Positions 57,649 through 64,000 of a stretch of DNA of 64,000 nt are shown here, one piece after another. The notes below the pieces were generated by a model, which saw nothing but the letters and a program-made list of their open reading frames with translations, was not told where the DNA came from and did not search any database. The DNA comes from Caecitellus pseudoparvulus (lineage: Eukaryota > Protista > Bigyra: Bicosoecida): positions 1,116,001 to 1,180,000 of the forward strand of contig CBFFRQ010000018.1 of assembly GCA_965644315.1 (NCBI GenBank), given 5' to 3'. Positions within the stretch are counted from its first letter, which is position 1. Every line of letters starts with the position of its first letter. The position numbers and the translations under genes were made by a program.

Positions 57649-60600
57649 TCACTTGGAGCTGCCTGGCGGTGGCTGGATAGTGGCCCGTCCGACGGGGAAG
57701 AAAGACAAGTCCCCCGCCTGGATCTTCGCGGCAAGGTAGCTCTCAATGCCGGTGTACTCTGTGCCCACCTTCAGCCGGAGGTAGGCCATGGCGTAGATGT
57801 AGGCCCACATGTTGTGCTTGTGCTGCACGTGGTAGTCGAAGCCAGAGCCCGACCGGTCAAAGCGAGAGCGGTCCAGGCCACAGATGAAGCAGAAGCCCTC
57901 CTGGTTCTCCTGCACCTCATTGCGGTGGTCTCGCGCCGCCGAGAAGGAGTCAATGATGATACCCGTCACGATGGAAGCCATCACGATGGTGACGACGATG
58001 AAGAAGGCCACATCGTACAGCGCACGCACTGCGCCTGCTGACTGAGCCTCCTCGCCGCCGCTCAGGAAGTCCCCCACGCCACCCCCCGCGCGCAGGCCAA
58101 AGTTCAGCGTGAAGGCGACGCAGTCCGCCATGTTTCCGCACTGCCCCTCGGGGAAATCCCCCGGGAACATGCTGTACCCGAACAGGGCAAAGGCGTACAT
58201 GAGCAGCAGCCAGAGGGCGCCTGTGGCCACGAGGGAGCCCACGTACTCGCGCAGGGCAGCGAGCGTCTCCCGCAGGAGCTCTGAACGGAGCACATAGTCA
58301 AACAGGTGGAACGCGAAGAGGGCTGGCGTGTTGAGCGGGACGGCCGTGATGGACAGCGCGGCGTACAGCAGGGTGAACGCCGAGGCGGGGTGGCTGGCCA
58401 TGCTCCACATGACGTGCCAGAAGCGGCTGCCCCGCCACAGCGCCACCAGCCACGTCGCTGCCGTGGTGCCCACCACGCCCTCCAGGCAGCTCCACCCTGT
58501 TCTGGCCAGGGACCAGGTGGCAGGCTGCGGCACCGCCTGGGGGGGCGCGTCCTTGGGCGGCGCCATGTCGTCCTGGTTGGCGGCCGCTTCTTGCATGGCG
58601 TCCAGGGCAGCGTCAGCGGCTTCCCCCGCCTCGTCGTCAACCTCTTGCAGCTCCTCCACCTGCATGCCCATGTCGATGCCGCGGGCGGCGCCGTCCTTGC
58701 CCTCCTCCTCGTCCTGGTCAGCCTCGTCCAGCCAGCCTGGACCCCGCCGCAGCAGGATGCCGATGCAGCGCAGGGTGGACAGGGCAGCGTGGACGACGCC
58801 GAGGGGCCACAGGGCGGCACACGTGCCGGGCAGGGACAGACCAGAGTAGCACAGCAGGAGGAGGATGTTGAGCAGGATGGCGAGGTAAAAGGTGGTGTTC
58901 AGGAGGAAGGGAATGCGGTGCACTGCCGGAGACAGGCGCAAGCGTGGGTTGGCCGTCAGCTCAAACAGCAGCTGGTCGGCAGAGTTGAAGAAGCCCTCCA
59001 CGCGCGTGTACGCGTTGTCCCGGTTGACCGAGTACACCACCTCGTCTTGGTGCTCCTTGAAGTCCCTGTCTTGCCTGTGCCGCAGCACGACGGGCGGCAG
59101 GCGGAAGACAAAGGGAACTAAGTCGCCCTCCACCAGCACCTCCACGTGGGCCACCCGCCCTGTCGTCACCTGCAGCATGCCCTGCACTGGGTGTGTCGCT
59201 AGCATGCGCAGGAAGGCTGCTGTGCTGGGCTCCATGACGGTGTCCAGGTGCTGCAGTCGTTCGCCCAGTGCAGGGTGTGCGAAGGCTGGCGTCATGGCTG
59301 GCACCGCCTCGTCAGGCGCGACACTTGACAGGGCCGACACGACAGAGCCATGCCCCAGTTTCTGTGCCGCGGCAGCCAGCAGGTGGGCAATGTCCAGGTC
59401 GGGTGACAGGCCGTGCCGCAGGCCCAAGCGCACGAAGAAGGCATGGTACTCTGCAGCCAGGTCCAGGCTGGCCGTGCTGGCCTCCCACTTGCCTTCCGAC
59501 AGGCGCTGGGCCTCCAAGTCCGGGTCCACATCGGCAATGCCGGGGGCCTGGGCTGCAGCCTGCCGAGCTGCCGGCAGCAGGCGAGCCAGCAGGCGTGGGA
59601 AGTGCTCCATGTTCAGCACCTGTGCTAGGCGCCCGTGCACGAATGAGCCACTTGACGGCCCTTCCAGCTGCGCGTTCAGGACGCGGAGCACGGTGGCCTG
59701 CATCTCCAGCAGCAGGGCTGCACGTGGCGTCAGCAGCATGCGCTGCTCGTCTGCTTTGATGGCCGCTGAGCCTGCGTCATGAATGACGGTCACGGTGTAC
59801 GTGGCCCAGGCCCTGGCCCCCTCTTCACCCAGCGTCTCTTCGTCCAGGCACTTGTGAGCCAGGGGGGGACGTGCCTTCGTCAAGGCGTCCAGCCGAGAGC
59901 GGCCCCACTTGGCAGGCAGGGCGGCGGGGTCCCCCGCGCCCCGTTTCAGGGCAGTCAGCGCCAGCGGGTGCCAGGAGCCGAAGTCCGACGTCGGCGGCGC
60001 ATCTGCTGTGGGGTACTCACTGTGGCTGTACGCGTTCAGGACGGCGTCTAGCAGCCAGCTGAGGGACTCGTACAGTCGGGAGTGCGCCAGGTCCAGCTGG
60101 TTGCCGGAGCAGGGGCCCTGCGTCAACTCGGTGAGGGTGTTCAACAGCTGCAGCACAGATGCCAGCACGCGCGCGATGACACAGGGCTCGAACCACGCGT
60201 CGTAGTACACGATGAGGTACCACAGCGGTCCCGCCCCGCACACCATGTCTGCCAGGGTGTCTGCGATGGCCTGCACGACGTTGTGCTGCACGGTGTGTTG
60301 TGGCTGCTCGCGCAGGAGGTTCTGCCACTGCGCGTTGTGCCCCTCACACAGCTGCTGCACGAGGGCGAGGGCTCGCCCCATCTGGCTCCACCGCCCCATG
60401 TTGTGCCGCAGTTCCCGCGAGAAGGCGCCCGCTGAGCGTGGGGGGCCGCTGCCGCCCACACCGTCTCCGCCCGCCGTCGCACTGGCCAGGGAGGCAAGGT
60501 CACTCCCTGTGTCTGTGCGGGCGACTTCGCTCGCCATGAACGACGCCGAGTCCCCGCCATCTTGCGACGCCCCCAGGTCAAAGGCGGACGGAGGTGCCTG

Positions 60601-63600
60601 GCAGCTTTCGTCACGACGGCTGTGGATGAGACTGGGCCCGTGTGCCACGGACCGCACGAGCCACTGCAGAGCAGCAAGCAGGTCGCTGCTGTAAGCTGCG
60701 TTGTACTCCTCCAGCAGGGCATCTTGCGCGGGAATGTACCCACCCTCCAGCAACAAGGCGCCCAGCTTGAGCAGTTGCTGGAGCACGGCCTGCGCCCCTG
60801 CAGAGTCGATGTCCATTCCGTCTCCTGGTCCAAACTGGCACAAGACCCCCACGATGAGCTTGGAGACGCCCAGAGTCAGCAAGCGCCGGCGCCCACCCGG
60901 CGTGCGGCAGTGGGAAATGAGCAGCTTGAGGTACGCCTTGAAGACGGATGGGGCAGTGGCGAGCCATGGTGCCGCCACATGCTCCACATGGCGCACCATC
61001 TGGTGCCGGGGGCTGGACCCTGCCGCCGCCCCGATGCTCTCATAGTCTGGCGCAGTCAGGGAGAAGTACGCATTGGCGGCACCAGCGTCGATGCTGAGCA
61101 GCGTGATGAGTTGGCGCAGGCCGCGGAAGGCCAAGGCTCCCGCCGGCCCGCCCTCCAGCGCAGGCTGGTTGTACGCCGTGAACATGCCGCGGTACATGGC
61201 AGTGGCGTGCTTGCGCCACCGTCGTGAGCCGTGCACCATGCGCGCCATGGCGTGGCCCGCCTCGGCCATGGGCAAGGCAAGGGGGGCGCAGGGCACCGGC
61301 GGCGCCGTGGGGAGACGAGCGCCTTCAGGCTGCAGCATCTGGGCCCCGAAGTCCCGCAGCAGGTCGATGATGTACTGGATGTCGGTGTCTTGGCTGGGGC
61401 GCGCGTGCGGCACGTATGGGTTGTGGGACTCCTCAGCTGAGGCGCCCACCGCAGAGACGCCAGATGCCCGCATGAAGCCGGCGGGGTCGTGCATGTGCAC
61501 GAGGCAGGACAGCAACGCATCCACGGCGTCTTTGCTGAGACCCTGCACCGCCTGCAGGCCGGGTCCGACAAGGGGCTGGTGCTGGGCCCTGCTCGGCGGC
61601 GCGTCACCCTCGCCCACCTCAGCTGCCGCGAAAAAGGGCACAGCCAGCGCGCCGCCGCCACGCAAGAAGCGGCTGGACAGCAACAAGCAGGCGATGTCCA
61701 GGAGCACGGCGAAGAGCACTTGACCTGCTGCCCGGGTGCCCTCCATGTACAGCGTCATGCGCTGTGTGTAGCTGGAGTGGAAGTACCCCACCAAGAAGGG
61801 CAGGGCGTGCTTGAAGAGATACCGCCCACTGGCTGCCAGCAGCGCCCCCACGCCGCCCTGCCCGCCGCTCTCGTCCCCGTGCAACTGGCTGCCGTCCACG
61901 AAGGCACCCTTTGCCGTGCGCAGTAGAGCAGCTGTCGTGGGCGGGAAGGTGCCCAAGGTGCCACTCGCGTGGCGCTCTGCGGCAGCGCGCAGGGCCTCGA
62001 ACTGCTGCAGGTCTGAGTGGTAGGCAGCGTGCAGCCACACGCTTGCGACGACGGCGAAGTCGGCCATGAGCACTGACACGATGCTGGTGTTCTCCAAGCT
62101 GGACACGCTGAACTTCAGGCCTGCGTCAGCCGCCACAACCCGCGCCGTGTGGGTGCCGTCAGCTGGCAGGTTCCCCGCCTCCACGCCGTACACCTGCTCG
62201 AAGAAGCGCAGGAGGGCCGCCTTGACGCCGAAGTTCTGCACCGTCAGCAGCGCGCCCACGATGCCGTGCATGGGCACTGCTGCCTGGATGAGCTGCCCTG
62301 CTTCCTCGCGCTGCCGCACAGCCCTGCCCCTGTCATACCGCAAGCGGTTAGGGGAGCACGTCACCAGCAGCCTCAGCATGTGCTGGTAAAAGGATGCCAG
62401 GCTGCGCTCCTCGCCCTGCACCAGCGTGTCGTCGATGCCCCGGGCAGGGCGCGGCTCTGTTGATGCCGACGCTGCTGCTGCTGCTGCGGCGACTTGAGCT
62501 GGGGCCAGGTGCACTTGGCTGTTGCGCCGGGAGCGGCTGATGCCGGGCGCCGAGCCAGTGGACACCACCCGCCGCAGCATGTCGAAGCGGGAAGAGGGGG
62601 GCGCCTCCTCCGTCCCACATGCCGTCAGCAGGGGGTCCACCTGCAGCGCAAAGTGGCACAGCGTGTGTGGGGATGCCAGGTACGGCAACAGCCCCAGCGG
62701 GTGGGCCCGCGTGGACGCCAAGTCCACCGCCGGCTCCTGCACGTCCCCAATGTGCGGCCCCTTGGCAGCCTTGGCGGTCCAGCTGCTCGCCAGCTGCGGC
62801 TGTGGCGCATCCACTTCACACAGCTGCCGCACGAGCATGTCCTGGGCAGCCTCGTTGCCAGTGTTGTCCACCAGGGCGAACAGCACCTTGAGCAGGCGGA
62901 TGCGACTGCGAGTGCTGGTGGCGCTGCGCACCCGCTGCACCATGTGGGACACTGTCGAGTGGTGCACGTGCTTGCTGGTGCCCGGGCTGCCCACAGCAAG
63001 GCAAATGACAAGGTTCAGGACGCCAAGTCCCCACCCCTGCTGCAGGAGGAAGTAGTTCACGTGCGGCCGCAACAGCGCCTGCACTCGGGGGCTGGCCTGG
63101 GCCAGCTCCCGCAGCCCGGTGTACACCAGGCGCAGCATCTCCACGACGGGGTGAGCTGGTGCCTGAATGGACAAGCGTCCCTTGCCAGGCGCCTCATCCT
63201 TGCTGGCTGCTTCACGCATGCGCTGCAAGAAGTTGCTGGGGAGGGGCTTGGACACTGCCTGGCGCAGCAGCTCTGCGACACGGGTGCCTCGAAGGCGGCT
63301 GCTCACGGTGCCTCCCCGTGCCGCCCGACCAGCTGCTGTGCTGGCGCCGAGGACGTGGGCTGCCTTGTGAGCCGCCAGCATCTGCCGTGCAGGGATGCGG
63401 GCCGTGGACAGGAGGACATCCACGAGGCCGCAGCCAGCAGCGAGGCTGGCTGTGTCTGCGGCACCCACTTCTTCCACTGCTAGCTGCAGGTGCTGTCGAA
63501 TGCTGCGCAGGACAGCTGATGCCATAGGCGCGACGGTGGACAGGCGGCTTCCGTTGATTTCAGCGGCCGAGTGCGATGTCCGCTCCAGCAGCATGAGGGA

Positions 63601-64000
63601 GCGCAGGCGAGTCGTGTGCCTGGACAGCCCGTGCAGCAAGCGCTCGTGGGCTGGCGTGGGCAGCGTCATGGACCTGCGCAAGGTGCCCACCAGCTCCAGG
63701 GGCACGTGCTGCAGGCGCTGCAGGAGCTGAGCAGCCAGGCGCAGCAGGGGGGGCCACGCCTCAACGGCAGTCTGGCGCAGGAGCACCTCCCGCAGCCCAA
63801 ACCGCTCCGCAACGGCGACAAACCAGCCCGGGCCGTGGGCTGTGCGCGCGCCCGAGGGCTTCTTGAGCAGGGCCACCGCCCGTGTGGCGTCCCGCATGGA
63901 GCGTTCGCCGCCATCTGCAGCCAAGGCCACGACATCCTGCACCGCCCACACGAGGGCAGTGTCCAGGATGCGGTGCATGAGGAGGAGGGCAGCGCGCTTG
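57649..64000 (-). CDS. Inositol 1,4,5-trisphosphate / ryanodine receptor-type Ca2+ release channel, IP3R-like (probably 5'-truncated by window edge)
   Basis: RIH-associated domain QQLCEGHNAQWQNLLREQ and TLTELTQGPCSGNQ; pore GLRAGGGVGD; S6 IVTGIIIDSF; Zn motif CFICG...HVQHKHNMWAY. Confidence 0.93.
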   Translation of the reverse strand, partial: KRAALLLMHRILDTALVWAVQDVVALAADGGERSMRDATRAVALLKKPSGARTAHGPGWFVAVAERFGLREVLLRQTAVEAWPPLLRLAAQLLQRLQHVPLELVGTLRRSMTLPTPAHERLLHGLSRHTTRLRSLMLLERTSHSAAEINGSRLSTVAPMASAVLRSIRQHLQLAVEEVGAADTASLAAGCGLVDVLLSTARIPARQMLAAHKAAHVLGASTAAGRAARGGTVSSRLRGTRVAELLRQAVSKPLPSNFLQRMREAASKDEAPGKGRLSIQAPAHPVVEMLRLVYTGLRELAQASPRVQALLRPHVNYFLLQQGWGLGVLNLVICLAVGSPGTSKHVHHSTVSHMVQRVRSATSTRSRIRLLKVLFALVDNTGNEAAQDMLVRQLCEVDAPQPQLASSWTAKAAKGPHIGDVQEPAVDLASTRAHPLGLLPYLASPHTLCHFALQVDPLLTACGTEEAPPSSRFDMLRRVVSTGSAPGISRSRRNSQVHLAPAQVAAAAAAASASTEPRPARGIDDTLVQGEERSLASFYQHMLRLLVTCSPNRLRYDRGRAVRQREEAGQLIQAAVPMHGIVGALLTVQNFGVKAALLRFFEQVYGVEAGNLPADGTHTARVVAADAGLKFSVSSLENTSIVSVLMADFAVVASVWLHAAYHSDLQQFEALRAAAERHASGTLGTFPPTTAALLRTAKGAFVDGSQLHGDESGGQGGVGALLAASGRYLFKHALPFLVGYFHSSYTQRMTLYMEGTRAAGQVLFAVLLDIACLLLSSRFLRGGGALAVPFFAAAEVGEGDAPPSRAQHQPLVGPGLQAVQGLSKDAVDALLSCLVHMHDPAGFMRASGVSAVGASAEESHNPYVPHARPSQDTDIQYIIDLLRDFGAQMLQPEGARLPTAPPVPCAPLALPMAEAGHAMARMVHGSRRWRKHATAMYRGMFTAYNQPALEGGPAGALAFRGLRQLITLLSIDAGAANAYFSLTAPDYESIGAAAGSSPRHQMVRHVEHVAAPWLATAPSVFKAYLKLLISHCRTPGGRRRLLTLGVSKLIVGVLCQFGPGDGMDIDSAGAQAVLQQLLKLGALLLEGGYIPAQDALLEEYNAAYSSDLLAALQWLVRSVAHGPSLIHSRRDESCQAPPSAFDLGASQDGGDSASFMASEVARTDTGSDLASLASATAGGDGVGGSGPPRSAGAFSRELRHNMGRWSQMGRALALVQQLCEGHNAQWQNLLREQPQHTVQHNVVQAIADTLADMVCGAGPLWYLIVYYDAWFEPCVIARVLASVLQLLNTLTELTQGPCSGNQLDLAHSRLYESLSWLLDAVLNAYSHSEYPTADAPPTSDFGSWHPLALTALKRGAGDPAALPAKWGRSRLDALTKARPPLAHKCLDEETLGEEGARAWATYTVTVIHDAGSAAIKADEQRMLLTPRAALLLEMQATVLRVLNAQLEGPSSGSFVHGRLAQVLNMEHFPRLLARLLPAARQAAAQAPGIADVDPDLEAQRLSEGKWEASTASLDLAAEYHAFFVRLGLRHGLSPDLDIAHLLAAAAQKLGHGSVVSALSSVAPDEAVPAMTPAFAHPALGERLQHLDTVMEPSTAAFLRMLATHPVQGMLQVTTGRVAHVEVLVEGDLVPFVFRLPPVVLRHRQDRDFKEHQDEVVYSVNRDNAYTRVEGFFNSADQLLFELTANPRLRLSPAVHRIPFLLNTTFYLAILLNILLLLCYSGLSLPGTCAALWPLGVVHAALSTLRCIGILLRRGPGWLDEADQDEEEGKDGAARGIDMGMQVEELQEVDDEAGEAADAALDAMQEAAANQDDMAPPKDAPPQAVPQPATWSLARTGWSCLEGVVGTTAATWLVALWRGSRFWHVMWSMASHPASAFTLLYAALSITAVPLNTPALFAFHLFDYVLRSELLRETLAALREYVGSLVATGALWLLLMYAFALFGYSMFPGDFPEGQCGNMADCVAFTLNFGLRAGGGVGDFLSGGEEAQSAGAVRALYDVAFFIVVTIVMASIVTGIIIDSFSAARDHRNEVQENQEGFCFICGLDRSRFDRSGSGFDYHVQHKHNMWAYIYAMAYLRLKVGTEYTGIESYLAAKIQAGDLSFFPVGRATIQPPPGSSK

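Overview
This is gene-dense, GC-rich eukaryotic nuclear DNA, not prokaryotic. Many genes only make sense after removing short GT-AG introns (about 60-250 nt), and intergenic gaps are often under 100 bp. A stramenopile-style TALE homeodomain, an ODA-DC2-like gene and katanin suggest a flagellated protist, probably a heterotrophic stramenopile (inference). About 25 genes are supportable: ALDH21-like (partial), RRP12, a TALE homeobox gene, a DEDDh exonuclease with a long unknown C-terminus, ODA-DC2-like, ACBP-ankyrin, PFK-2/FBPase-2, frataxin-like, a giant (~4,900 aa) Ser/Thr tandem-repeat membrane protein, a small membrane protein, VPS25, an Irc3/RadD-like helicase, DCP2, a DUF1336 protein, a PPR protein, HYPK, proteasome beta1, Era, katanin p60, TFIP11, NDUFAF3, a divergent eIF4E, an IP3-receptor-type channel (partial) and two unknown ORFs. 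The most unusual element is the giant surface protein. Its ~10.5 kb stalk strictly alternates Ser/Thr with small residues, like streptococcal serine-rich adhesins, and is followed by a prokaryote-like Cys module, a TM helix and a long tail. Other highlights: an intron-bearing DEDDh nuclease of possibly viral or prokaryotic type; predicted loss of function in the FBPase-2 domain and the eIF4E cap pocket; and a recurring CAATTC/GCATT motif 15-17 nt after several stop codons. I found no CRISPR array, tRNA, rRNA or transposase. All family assignments come from motif recognition by eye, without database searches.
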